NCBI GenBank assembly: GCA_963816185.1
Contig: CAWFJJ010000001.1
Coordinates: 192,001 to 256,000, forward strand
DNA from: Thermoanaerobaculia bacterium
GTDB lineage: Bacteria > Acidobacteriota > Thermoanaerobaculia > UBA5066
Length of the DNA: 64,000 nt
Reading direction: 5' to 3'
Shown here piece by piece: positions 19,932 through 30,383 of this stretch. Within the stretch, counting starts at the first letter, position 1. Every line of letters starts with the position of its first letter. The position numbers were made by a program, and so were the translations under genes. The notes beneath the pieces were generated by a model, which did not search any database, had not been told where the DNA came from, and worked only from the letters and a program-made list of their open reading frames with translations.

Positions 19932-20918
19932 ATGAAGCAATTCCAATCCGCGTTTACCCGTGGACTCATCTTTGCCGCTTTCCTGACCGTAGGGGTCGCG
20001 GAACCCGGCCGCGCGGAAGAAGCCACGCATGAAGCCGGCAAAGTGATTGACGTGAGCGCCTTCCGGGCCGCTCCCGACGCGGGGGTGACGGTCACGGGCG
20101 CTTCGACGAGCGAAAGCTCTGACTCTCGGTCTCCGGAGATCGCGGCCGGCCGTGCCGCCCTCGCACAACCTGGCTGCACGATTTGTCTCGGGGGCACGGG
20201 GTCGATCCAGTGGAACGGAGCGAGCGGGTCTTTCCATGTCGACAGCATCACCAATAACCGCAGCTCCGGCACGAGCGGATCACTCGACCTGAGGGTGGCC
20301 CTTTCGAGCTCCTTTCCCGTGTACGGCCAGACGCTGACCTATTACTCGTTCTCGGACACACTCTCGCTGAATCCGCTCGCCGCGGGGTACATGTATTCAA
20401 ACGTCAACTCGGGGGCCGTCAACTACCACGGAAGCTCCATTCCGGCGGGTCTGTATTGGCAGCTCCTCTACTTGCGGGAGTATCAGGGCGGGGGCGTCTA
20501 CCAATACGCCGACTGGATTGTGATGCCCAACAAGATCTCGTGCAATGGCTCCGGATGCTCCGTCGTTTCATCGTGCACCGAGGACGCCTACACGATGTGT
20601 CTCGTGAACGGGCGTTACCGGGTCACGAGCCACTGGAAGAACCAGTACGCCGGCGGGGCGACGGCGAATCTCTCCAAGGCGAAGCTGACGGACACGACGG
20701 GTGCTTTCTGGATCGCGGACGCGAACACCTACGAGTACCTGGTCAGGTTCAACACGGCGACGAATAACGGCAGAATCTGGGTCGCGATCCCCACGTTTAC
20801 CGACGTCGAGTTCTGGGTGGATGTGACGGACACCGTCGGCGGGCAGAGCAAGGAGTACCACAGCCTTCCGGGGAACCAGACGCTGATCTACGACCCGTTC
20901 TTCTTCATCTATCCGTAG
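19932..20918 (+). CDS. Secreted protein with a conserved ~115 aa C-terminal beta domain
   Basis: Signal peptide, S/G/Y-rich Ig-like core, C-terminal CLVNGRYRV..W...DTTGAFW...TDVEFWVDVTDT; GGAAGG RBS. Confidence 0.8.
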   Translation: MKQFQSAFTRGLIFAAFLTVGVAEPGRAEEATHEAGKVIDVSAFRAAPDAGVTVTGASTSESSDSRSPEIAAGRAALAQPGCTICLGGTGSIQWNGASGSFHVDSITNNRSSGTSGSLDLRVALSSSFPVYGQTLTYYSFSDTLSLNPLAAGYMYSNVNSGAVNYHGSSIPAGLYWQLLYLREYQGGGVYQYADWIVMPNKISCNGSGCSVVSSCTEDAYTMCLVNGRYRVTSHWKNQYAGGATANLSKAKLTDTTGAFWIADANTYEYLVRFNTATNNGRIWVAIPTFTDVEFWVDVTDTVGGQSKEYHSLPGNQTLIYDPFFFIYP

Positions 20919-20951
20919 ACGCGGGGCGGGGTCCGATATCCTGACGGGACC

Positions 20952-22484
20952 GTGTCGGTTCCTCGATCGGATCGCATCCCGCCCCTGTTGCTCGCTGCGT
21001 TCGCCGCCCTGGGGGCGTTGCCGGTCGTGCGCTCCCTCGTCGTCGCCGACGTCAACCTCTGCTACCCGTACATGACGGCGGACTCGTACGACTGGATCAG
21101 CAACGGCCTCTTCTGGTCGGGCAAGCCGGTCCTCGCGAGCCTGCGGCCGCCGGGGCTGCCCCTTGTCATCGCCGGGCTCTCGAGGCTCGGGGCGCTGTCG
21201 CTGCTCCCCGTCGTGAGCTTTCTCTTCCTCGGCCTCTCGACGGCTCTCCTCTACCTTCTCCTGAGGGAGCGGCACGACGCGTGGATCGCGGCGGCGGCCT
21301 CCTGGTTCTTCTTCGCGAACGACGCCGTGCAGGACCTCGCGAGATACGTGCTGGCCGAGACCTACGCGACGCCCTTCGTCATCCTCGCGGCGCTCGCGTT
21401 CGTGCGCGCGGAACGCGACGTCCGGTGGTACCGCGTGATGGGAGGGGCGCTCGCGACCGCGTTCCTCTTCTCGTACGCCGCGGTTCCCGCGGGCATCGGG
21501 CTCGCGGTCGCCGTCGTCGCCGTGCGGGCCGGGGACGTGCGGAGCAAGGAGCTCTGGAAGGGCGCGCTGTCGACCGTGGTTGTCGCCCTCGGCTGGTTCG
21601 CCGTGCGCTCGTGGTTCCAACACGCCCACCCGGACGCTCCTCGCCACGACTTCGAGGCGCTGCTCAGGCCGACGCTGTCGAACCTGACGTCGTACGCGAT
21701 TTCCGGCGTCGCACTCCTCGGGCTCCTGCTGCTTCCGCTTTACGCGCTGGGGGCGTTGCGGCTCCTCGCCGGCGGCGTGGCCTCCCGCCGTTACCGGGCC
21801 GCGTCGATCTTCGCCGCCTCGGCGATCCTCGTCTTCATGGTCTTCTTCTACGACTGGGCCGACAAGCGATTCCTCGTCTACGTCCTCCCGTTCGCTACGT
21901 GCGCTTTCGCGGAGGGGCTCGAGAGTCTGCGGAGGTACGCAAAGCGAGGGCGCCTCGCGGCAACGGCGGCAGCCGCCTTCCTCGCCGCGTGTCTTCTCTG
22001 GAACCAGATCCGGTACCCGAGTTACGGCTTTGGCTATCTCGCCCTGACGCCGGAGCGGTTCTTCGTGGCGGGGCGCACGACCGCGGCCAACCTGAAGACC
22101 GAGCTGCACCTGACGGGTGCGCACCTCGTGCGCCTCCACGAGACGCTGGCCTCGAGTTTTTCGCGTGGGCTCTTCGATCCCCGTCCGCGCCCGGCGCCCT
22201 GTTCTCTCGCCGATCCCGCCTTCACGTGCCTCGGGGCGCTCAAGGGTGCGGCGGACAGACTCCTCGCGGAGGGCCAGCCGATCGGATTCCGGCCGCCACA
22301 GAGCTGGCCCGCGGACAGGCTCGTGAGCTTCATTCGGCTCCGCAACATTTTCCTGAGGCCGATCGTCGATCCCGGAGCCGCCGACATCAGCCTGGCGGGT
22401 GTCGAGGCCGCACCGGGTGCGGACTTCTCCCAGCCTCCGTTCGTGGCCCGCTGCGGGCCGTACGTACTCGTGCGGACGCGTTGA
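20952..22484 (+). CDS. Polytopic membrane protein, probable GT-C (PMT/ArnT-like) glycosyltransferase
   Basis: About 11 hydrophobic helices; first-loop DSYDW...RPPGLP, LAETY and later KRFLVYVLP pattern typical of GT-C enzymes. Confidence 0.7.
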   Translation: MSVPRSDRIPPLLLAAFAALGALPVVRSLVVADVNLCYPYMTADSYDWISNGLFWSGKPVLASLRPPGLPLVIAGLSRLGALSLLPVVSFLFLGLSTALLYLLLRERHDAWIAAAASWFFFANDAVQDLARYVLAETYATPFVILAALAFVRAERDVRWYRVMGGALATAFLFSYAAVPAGIGLAVAVVAVRAGDVRSKELWKGALSTVVVALGWFAVRSWFQHAHPDAPRHDFEALLRPTLSNLTSYAISGVALLGLLLLPLYALGALRLLAGGVASRRYRAASIFAASAILVFMVFFYDWADKRFLVYVLPFATCAFAEGLESLRRYAKRGRLAATAAAAFLAACLLWNQIRYPSYGFGYLALTPERFFVAGRTTAANLKTELHLTGAHLVRLHETLASSFSRGLFDPRPRPAPCSLADPAFTCLGALKGAADRLLAEGQPIGFRPPQSWPADRLVSFIRLRNIFLRPIVDPGAADISLAGVEAAPGADFSQPPFVARCGPYVLVRTR

Positions 22485-22546
22485 CGGTTAGTCGCCGAGC
22501 GAGAGTCGGAGGCGACGCATGGGGTATCGTGAGATTCAGAGACCCA

Positions 22547-23257
22547 ATGAAGTACGACGCCGTCATGGCCGCCCTTCGCGCGTTCGTCGTCGAGGGCGGC
22601 AAGCCCGAGAGCATCTTCCTTCTCACCGAAGGAGGAATGCGCGAGATCTACGATTGCATCGTCAAGAATCGGCTGCGCGCCTGCCTCGAGCTTGGGAGCG
22701 GATTCGGCGCGACGAGCTGTGTGATGGGAGCGGCTGTGGCGGAGACGGGGGGCACCGTCACCACCATCGATCTTGCCCTCCACTGGCCCGCAAACGCCTC
22801 CACGTTGAAGGCGCACGTTGGACTCGGTAACGAGCTCGAGGTCGTCGCGGATCCGCTCGGTTACAACTGGTACCTCGCCGACCTGATCGCAAAGCGGACC
22901 GTCAGCGGGAAGTGCGAGCCGCTGTTCGACTTCTGTTTCCTGGACGGCGCGCACGAGTGGGAGCCGGACGCTCTCGCAGTGATCCTCGCCGCGAAGCTCC
23001 TGAAGCCGGGCGGCTGGCTTGTCCTCGACGACCTCGACTTTGCTCTCCGGAGCATGCCGACGTGGAAGGAGTCGCACGGCCACCTGTCCGACCGCGAGCT
23101 CGACTCGTACCAACTCAAGATGGTCTGGGACCTCGTGATCAGACAACATCCCGACCTGACAGCCTTCGAAGTCACTGGGAACGGACGTATCGGCTGGGCG
23201 AGGAAGGTGGGCGTTTCGGCGGGCAAGGGATTGTTTTCCCGGCTCCTGGGCGGATGA
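22547..23257 (+). CDS. Class I SAM-dependent methyltransferase (Methyltransf_24-like)
   Basis: LELGSGFG, FCFLDGAH and LLKPGGWLVLDD motifs. Confidence 0.88.
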   Translation: MKYDAVMAALRAFVVEGGKPESIFLLTEGGMREIYDCIVKNRLRACLELGSGFGATSCVMGAAVAETGGTVTTIDLALHWPANASTLKAHVGLGNELEVVADPLGYNWYLADLIAKRTVSGKCEPLFDFCFLDGAHEWEPDALAVILAAKLLKPGGWLVLDDLDFALRSMPTWKESHGHLSDRELDSYQLKMVWDLVIRQHPDLTAFEVTGNGRIGWARKVGVSAGKGLFSRLLGG

Positions 23258-23303
23258 CCGCCTCCTCCTCGCCTCGGACTCGCTGACCGTACAATTCCGT
23301 CGT

Positions 23304-25329
23304 TTGAGCCAGGATTCGTTCGAGGAGCTCCGCGAAGAGCTGGAGAAGACCCGCGCCGAGCTTTCGGAGGCGCGGGCGCGCATCGCGGGGATGGAGATGA
23401 GCTTCTTCTGGAAGGTCCGCAATGCGTGGTGGAGGCTCAAAGGCGGGCTCGCCGGCAGCGCGCCGTCCGGCGAGCACACCGCGCGGCCCGCTGCGGATCC
23501 AGCGCTCGTCCACGTTCCCGGCTTCGCGCCCGTTCGCATCCGGCGCGCCGCATTCGATTGCTCGTCGGATGCCGTCGACGTCGTCGTTCTCGTTCACGAC
23601 GATCTGCCCGTTCTCGAGGAGTGCCTCGGGGCCCTGCTCCGGCACGCGCGTCCCCCTTACAAGCTCTTCCTCGCCGATCCGGGCGTGTCGCCCGCGCCGC
23701 GGACCTGGCTGGAGGGTTTCGCGCGCGATCAGGGAGCCGTCCTCGTGCAGGGCGCAGACGCCTTCCAGGAAGCGTGTGGCGCGGGCGCGTCACGCTTCGC
23801 TCTCCTGCTCGACGGGCGCGCGCGCGTCGCGGCGGATTTCCTCGACCGGCTGATCGCCTGTCTCGCCTCCGATCCGAGAGACGGCGGGTGTCATTCCCCT
23901 CGCCGCCGACATTCCGGGCGCCGGCCCGGCCTTCGAGCGCGTCGAGCGCGCGCTGGCCGACGGGGATAGGGCTCCCGCGACTCTCCTCGCCGCCGAGTCG
24001 GCTCGGCTCTTTCCGGCATCCGGAGACGGTGGCGGCTGCGCGCTCCTCGTGAGGCGACCGGCATTGCGCTCCGGCGGATCGGAGCGCTCGCCAGGTGAGG
24101 TCCTCGCCCGGATGCGGGCCGATAAGAAGCGGATTCTCCTTGCGGACGACACGTGGGTGGCCGGCGCCGCCGCCGCGGCCCCGGAGGCGCCGGACCGCGT
24201 GACCGCCGGCATCGCGGCCCGTTTCGCGATTCTGCCGGAGCGGGTCGGCCTTCGGGAGCGCGCGCGACGGCGGTGGGAAGGGAAGCGCGTCCTGTACGTC
24301 CTGCCGGTGCTCGAGCGCGGAGGCGGGTCGAACGTCGTCCTGGCGGAAGCGCGGGCGATGACGCGGATGGGCGTCGAAGCGCGCGTCTTCAACCTCGCGG
24401 GTCACCGATCCGTCTTCGAGAAGAGCTATCCGGCGCCGGGCGTTCCGATCGTCTACGGACGCGAGTCCGATCTCGTCGAGATCGCGCAGGGCTTCGACGC
24501 CGTGATCGGGACGGCTCACTACTCGGTGCCTTGGATGGTGCCGCTCGCGAGGCTTTCGCGGCCTCCGGTTCTCGGCTACTGCATCCAGGATTACGAGCCG
24601 CTCTTCTACGCCGAAGGCTCGGACGATTGGAAGCGTGCGTTCGCCTCGTACTCTCTCGTGCCGGGCATGCGACGTTTCTCGAAGTCCGCGTGGAATGCCG
24701 ACGAGGTCGTCGCCCGGACGGGCCTCGACTGCGCGCTCGTGAGCGCGAGCTTCGACGCGGACATCTTCCGCCCCCGGCTGCCGGAGCCTGCCGCAAGCCC
24801 GGTGCGGATCGCCGCGATGGTGCGTCCCTCGACGCCGCGGAGGCAGCCAGGCCTCACCGTCGACGTGATGCGGGCCCTCGCGCAGAAGCTCGGCGACCGG
24901 GTCGAGGTCGTCCTCTTCGGGTCCGAGCGGTCGGATCCCGCCCTGCGTCCACTTCGCCTCGACTTTCCGCACCGCTTCCTCGGCGTCCTCGACGACCGGC
25001 AGCTCTCGGCTCTCCTGTCGCAGGTGCACGTCTTCGCGGATCTCTCGACGTATCAGGCGCTCGGCGTCGCATCGCTCGAGGCCATGGCATCGGGCGCCGT
25101 GGTCGTCGTCCCGAAGACGGGCGGAGCGAACACATTCGCCACGCACGAGATCAACGCCCTCGCCGTCGACACGTCGTCCCGGGACGCTTGCGTCGCCTGC
25201 CTCGAGCGGCTCGCCACGGACGAGGCGCTCCTCCGGCGCCTCGCCGCTCAGGCGATCGCGGACGCCGGTCTCCATACGCCCGACCGCGCGGCGGCGGGCA
25301 TCCTCGAGGTCCTGTTTGCACAAGCGTAG
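23304..25329 (+). CDS. Coiled coil + degenerate GT2 + WsaF-like GT4 glycosyltransferase (apparent frameshifts near 23890 and 24000)
   Basis: N-terminal coil then MSFFWKVRNAW; GT2-like VDVVVLVHD; C-terminal GGGSNVV, YCIQDYEPLFY and YQALGVASLEAMASG. Spread over three frames. Confidence 0.75.
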
Positions 25330-26378
25330 GGTCCACGTCCTCCACGGCTTCTATGGCGCGGAGATTCCCTACAGCTGCACGTACATCCGCCTCCTGCGCC
25401 CGCTCTCGCATCCGGCCCTCGCTGACGAGATCGACCTGACGCACGGCACGGCGGAAGCGGTGCCCGACTGCGACCTCCTCGTCGTCGAGCGGCACGTTCT
25501 CTGGCCGTACGAGAGGCAGCTGGACGGATTCGTCCGCGTGCTTTCCCGTTGCCGGCAGAAGGGCATCCCCGTCGTCTACGAGCTCGACGACAACCTGCTC
25601 GACCTCCACCGCGACGAGCCGTGGGAGACCGTACCCGGGAGACTCGCTCCGCGCCGTCGTCGCGTTTCTCGCGCGCCAGGCCGACGGCATGATCGTCTCG
25701 ACGCCGGCGCTCGCGGAGCGCGTGGCGGATCTCAGAAGCGGGGTTCTCGTCGTGCCGAGTGCGCTCGACGAACGGCTCTTCGGCTCCGCGCCGGATCCCT
25801 TCCTGTCGCATTCATCCACGGTGACGATCGGCTACATGGGCACGCTGACGCACGAGGCGGACCTCCGCATGGTGCTCGCGCCGCTCCGGGCGCTCCTCGC
25901 GCGCCACGCCGGAAGGGTGCGGCTGGAGCTCGTGGGCGGAGTCGCGGGGCGGAGGACGGCGTCACTTTTCGATGGCCTGCCGTTCCGGATGCGGGAGCCG
26001 GGGAACGAGGACCCTTACCCGAGGTTCGTCCCGTGGATGCGGCAGCATCTGCGATGGGACGTCGCGATCGCGCCGCTCGAGGACAACCCTTTCACGCGGT
26101 GCAAGTCCGACCTCAAGTACCTCGACTACGCGGCGCTCGGGATTCCGGCCGTCTTCAGCGACGTGCGCCCCTACCGGGATACGGTGCGCCATCGCGAGAC
26201 GGGTCTCCTCGCTGCGAACGAGCCCAAGGCGTGGGCGGACGCGCTCGAGGAAATCGTGAGAGACGGCGCCCTTCGCGCACGGCTCGCGGAGGCCGCGAAG
26301 GCCGAGGTACACGGCAGCCGGATGCTGAGGACGAACGCCGTGCTTTGGCGCGAGGTCCTGCTTTCGGTCGGTCGTTAG
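25316..26378 (+). CDS. GT4-like glycosyltransferase (apparent frameshift near 25640)
   Basis: YIRLLRPL and VVYELDDNL in the first frame; IVSTPALA, IGYMGTLTH and IAPLEDNPFTRCKSDLKYLDY in the second. Confidence 0.8.
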
Positions 26379-27037
26379 CGCGATTCGCTGAGCCACTCCA
26401 TCGCGGCCCCGACGTCCTCGCCCGCAAAGCGGCCCTTCGACACGTCGATTCGCTCGAGGATCCAGCGCTTCCCGTTGCGCTCGAGCGCGATCGAGCGAAG
26501 CGGGCGCGACTCGGGGGGCGGCTTGTCGCGGCGCACCTCCAGGCGGACTCCCCACTCCCGGACGACGCCCTTGTAGAGCCTGAGCGCGTGCTCGACGGGG
26601 ATGCGCCTTCTGTGAAGGTCGATCGCGACGTCCGGGTGAATCACGTATGTGATCTCGCGGAGCAGCCAGCGCGCGTGCAGGATGTTCTCCCAGAAGTCGA
26701 CGAACCACACGCAGATGTGAAGGTAGTGGTCCTCGTTGAAGAACATCTTGTGGTCGATGATGAACGCCGAGTTCTCCCACGCGTAAGGAGTCCAGAACTC
26801 GAGGGTCGCGCCGTCCTCCGCGACGCGCGTGATCTCGGCGAAGAGGGCGGTCGGGTCCTTGACGTGCTCGAGAAAGTGCGAGGAGTGCACGTACGCGACG
26901 CTCCGGTCGGGAAACGGGAGCGGGGCGTTCAGGAGGTCGACGACCTGGTCGACGCCGGGGCCGGGCAGGACGTCGAGCCCGATGGTGCCGTCCTTCTTCT
27001 TGGCTCCGCAGCCCAGGTCGATTCTCAGTCCCGCCAT
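26375..27037 (-). CDS. Class I SAM-dependent methyltransferase (Methyltransf_11-like)
   Basis: IDLGCG, LPFPDRSV and SSHFLEHV motifs; start ATG 27037. Confidence 0.88.
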   Translation of the reverse strand: MAGLRIDLGCGAKKKDGTIGLDVLPGPGVDQVVDLLNAPLPFPDRSVAYVHSSHFLEHVKDPTALFAEITRVAEDGATLEFWTPYAWENSAFIIDHKMFFNEDHYLHICVWFVDFWENILHARWLLREITYVIHPDVAIDLHRRRIPVEHALRLYKGVVREWGVRLEVRRDKPPPESRPLRSIALERNGKRWILERIDVSKGRFAGEDVGAAMEWLSESR

Positions 27038-27047
27038 CGCGCCGCCA

Positions 27048-28711
27048 TTATCGTCCGGGGTCGCGAGCCTCAATTGTGTCCTCCGCGTGAATCTCGATCT
27101 TCGGCGCCTCGAAGATGAGCGGGTCGCGCCCTTGGGACTCTTCGCCGGCGAGGCGCAACGGACCCGTTTCGCCGTCGAGGAGGGCGATCGACGAAAGGGG
27201 GCGTGTCGCTTCGCGAGGAAGAAAGTCGTTCTCCAGGGAACGGTAGCCTCCGCCGTGACCGAGAGCGGCGACGCGCCGAGCTGCGGGTCGGCGCGGGGTC
27301 GCGCGACGCGTGCTCGGGCGCTCGGGGGCATCGACGCGCCCCCAAGCGGCCTGCCGGGCGGGAGGTAGTAGACCGAGTCGGTGGCAGGGTCGACGCCGGG
27401 CCTCGAGGTAGACGCTCGGCATGAGCGGCGACGAGGCGATACGTTCGTCCGGCTCCGTAAGCGCCTCTATGTACCGCGCGACATTCAACCAGGCGCCGCC
27501 TCCGCGACGAGCCTCGGGACATCGCGGAATCGAAAGGACTCGTGTCGCGCCGCCGCTGAAAGGGCGGGAATGAAGACGAGAGCGACGAGGTCGCAACGAG
27601 TCGCGGCCTCCGGAAGCTACCGGCCCACGGAAAGAAGGCTGCCACGGCGAAGATCGCGAGGCAGCGGAATGGCACGGGAGTCGCCGGGCCGGAGAAGCCC
27701 GCCCAGAACGAGGACCATCGGTGACGCGAGCAATGCGAGGGCCACGCCTGCCAAAGCGCCTCGCGGCGAAACCTCGGCGATGAGGAAGAACGGAAGACGA
27801 GGAGCGCAATTACGACGAAATCTCCGGCGGAGGAGGCCTGGAGTGCACGGCGAGGGCGTCCGGATAGAGTCGGGCGCCGTACTCGCCCCGACCCAGGCGT
27901 TGAGGACCTGGGCGATTCCACCGACGAACGGGCGTTGCCGAGAACGTCGTAGAGAAGATCGACTTGACATCCAAGAAACTTTCGCGAAAACAACCCTGGT
28001 CGCCGAACGAGGTGCCGGGCCACAACGAAGCGCTGCCGAGGCTCGCCGTCACCCGCCGAAGGATCGCCCATGCGCGGCGAGGTGCGGTTGGGCCAGGGCA
28101 ACGATGAGGAGGAGGCCAAACCATGATTCCGCCGCCCCAGGACCACGAGGCCAGGATTCCTCCGAAGGCGAGAGCCTTGGCGAGGGGAATCGGCCGGCTG
28201 GGCCAGCGCGCGAGGGCAAATGCCCCGATCGCCACGCCGAGCTGCGAAAGCCCGTACTGAAGAGCGGGACTCGCCGAATGTGAAAACGGTGACGCGCGAC
28301 GTCGAGAAGAGGAGGAGCGACAGCAGGGGCAGGAGGAGCCAGCGCAACGCCGCCGGGAATGGCACGGGCGAGGAGAACCAGCGTCGCCGGCCACGAGCGC
28401 AAGACCGAGGCCGAGCTCGACCCACACGGACCATTCGAAGAATCGCGCGTTCAGGTAATAGATCGGGATTACCGCGATCAGGGAGTGCCCACCCACGACC
28501 TAAGCCTCGCGAATGTACTTCGCGAACGAACAGGTGCCGTCGAAGACATCGAGACGACGAGAGGAACGCGCATCCCGTAGTCGTTCGAAAGGTTGTTCTC
28601 GCCGTTCGTGAAGACGATCCACGCCATGCGCACCGGTGGGAGAAGCGCCAGGGCCGAAGCAGCGACAGGACCTTTGCGCCGCGGGAGACAGGCCTCGTCG
28701 TCGGCGCTCAC
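27048..28711 (-). pseudogene. Heavily frameshifted polytopic membrane protein, GT-C-like (pseudogene or poorly polished sequence)
   Basis: GTG at 28711 overlaps the holB stop. Hydrophobic fragments switch frame repeatedly: ENNLSNDYG, HSLIAVIPIYYLNARFF, LLLPLLSLLLFST, ILASWSWGGGIMVWP, YIEALTEPDERIASSPLMPSVY. Confidence 0.6.
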
Positions 28712-29652
28712 AGCCCCAGCGCGAAGGCTTCCGTCGCGAGCTTCACGTTGCGGCGCGAGTCCGTGAGGCTCGCGGCGAGGTCGAGGGCGCCCGACGCCGC
28801 GTCGAGGAGGTCCGCGGCCCTGACCGTGCCGAGGTGCGCGAGATCGGCGAAGCGTTCGCGGAAGAGGATGTGGCGGCCGGCGGGATCGACGGGCGCCGCC
28901 GCGGCATCGCGCAGGAGCTGCGCGAGGAGCTGGAGGCGGCGCACGGCCTCGGGGCCGTCGTCGGCTCCGAGGAGCGTTCCGAGGGCGAGCGACCACGACA
29001 GCGAGCGCGTGAGGAAGATTCCGGAGACGGCCTCGAGGAGCGCGTCCCGCGTGGCGCGCGCCTCGGCGAGGTCCAATTCGGCGGCTTCGTCGGCGTCGTG
29101 CGGCGCGAAGGCCGCGCGCGCCTCCGCTTCTTCCTCACCCAAGCCGCGGCTTCTCAGAGCGGCGGCCGTCTCTTCACGCGTGGCGCCCGGGACCGGGCGG
29201 AGCGCGACGCGCGAGAGGATCGTGGACGGGAGAAGGCGCGGGCGCGTGGCCGTGAGGATGAAGCGCGTCTTCGTGGGCGGCTCCTCGAGGATCTTCAGGA
29301 GCGCGCTGAAGGCCGCGCTCTCGGTGCGGTCCACGTCGAGGAGGACGACGGCGCGCCGCGGCGCCTCGTAGGGAAGCCGCGTCGCGTCCGCGGCGACCGC
29401 GCGCACGAGCGCGGTCGGCAGCGTCGTCTCCTTGCCGTCGGCCTCCTCGAACGGCGGGGGGTTGACGCGGCGCCGCCTCTCGGGCGCGGCGACCATGAGG
29501 TCGGGATGCTCGCGCCGGTAAACGCGCCGCGCGGCGGGGGATTCGGGGTCGAAGCCGGGTCCGCAGACGATCTCGGCCGCCGCCTCGAGCGCCAGCGCCT
29601 CGAGACGCCGCCCGCCCGGTCCCGCGAGGAGGACGACCGGAGCGCCGCTCAT
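28708..29652 (-). CDS. holB: DNA polymerase III delta' subunit (divergent)
   Basis: HPDL, AFSALLKILEEPP and LLPSTILSR motifs; directly downstream of tmk, the conserved gene order. Confidence 0.85.
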   Translation of the reverse strand: MSGAPVVLLAGPGGRRLEALALEAAAEIVCGPGFDPESPAARRVYRREHPDLMVAAPERRRRVNPPPFEEADGKETTLPTALVRAVAADATRLPYEAPRRAVVLLDVDRTESAAFSALLKILEEPPTKTRFILTATRPRLLPSTILSRVALRPVPGATREETAAALRSRGLGEEEAEARAAFAPHDADEAAELDLAEARATRDALLEAVSGIFLTRSLSWSLALGTLLGADDGPEAVRRLQLLAQLLRDAAAAPVDPAGRHILFRERFADLAHLGTVRAADLLDAASGALDLAASLTDSRRNVKLATEAFALGL

Positions 29653-30305
29653 CGGCGGCTCGACGCAGGCGCGCGGCGGCGGGACCGGAAGAGGATCTGA
29701 AGATCTTCTTCGAGTGAAGAGAAGACCTCGTCCGCGGACGGCGTCGCGTCGATGACGACGAATCGTCTCGGCTCGCGTCGAGCGCGACGCCGATAGGCCG
29801 CGCGCACTCTTTCATGGAATTCTCTTCCCTCCTCCTCGAACCGATCGAACGATGCGCCCTTTCGGCCCGCGACGCGGGCGAGCGCCGTCTCGACCGGGAG
29901 ATCGAAGAGGTACGTTCGATCGGGGTTCCTCCTGCACCAGCGCTCGTGGAGCTCGTCGACGCGCTTCTCGCCGAGCCCCCGGCCGGCGCCCTGGTAGGCG
30001 CGCGAGGCGTCCGTGTACCGGTCACAGAGGACGTGCGTTCCGGCCGCGAGGGCGGGCTCGATCATCGTCATGAGGTGATGCCGCCGGTCCGCCATCATGA
30101 GGAGGAGCTCGGCACCCGCGTCGATGTGATCCCTGGAATGGAGGAGCGCTTCGCGCAGGTGCCGCCCGAGCTCCGTCCCGCCGGGGTTCCGCGTCGCGAG
30201 GACCGGGAAGCCCCGTGCCTCCATCCACGCGGCGGCGCGCGCGACCTGCGTGGTCTTTCCCGAGCCCTCGATCCCCTCGAACGTCAGGAACAGTCCACGG
30301 GTCAC
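29649..30305 (-). CDS. tmk: Thymidylate kinase
   Basis: FLTFEGIEGSGKTTQ, TRNPGGT and LCDRYTDASRAYQG motifs; C-terminal part of the 1100 aa ORF, start GTG 30305. Confidence 0.95.
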   Translation of the reverse strand: MTRGLFLTFEGIEGSGKTTQVARAAAWMEARGFPVLATRNPGGTELGRHLREALLHSRDHIDAGAELLLMMADRRHHLMTMIEPALAAGTHVLCDRYTDASRAYQGAGRGLGEKRVDELHERWCRRNPDRTYLFDLPVETALARVAGRKGASFDRFEEEGREFHERVRAAYRRRARREPRRFVVIDATPSADEVFSSLEEDLQILFRSRRRAPASSRR

Positions 30306-30353
30306 GACGCGGGATTCTCGCATGCAGGTTCGGCGCCTGCCGCGGAACGATCG

Positions 30354-30373
30354 TGGCACGCCGTTCGTATACT
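30354..30373 (+). promoter_or_regulatory. Candidate promoter: sigma54 -24 box and/or sigma70 -10 element
   Basis: TGGCACG (perfect -24) with an imperfect TTCGT -12, overlapping TATACT 10 nt before ATG 30384. Confidence 0.4.
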
Positions 30374-30383
30374 GAGACTGCGC

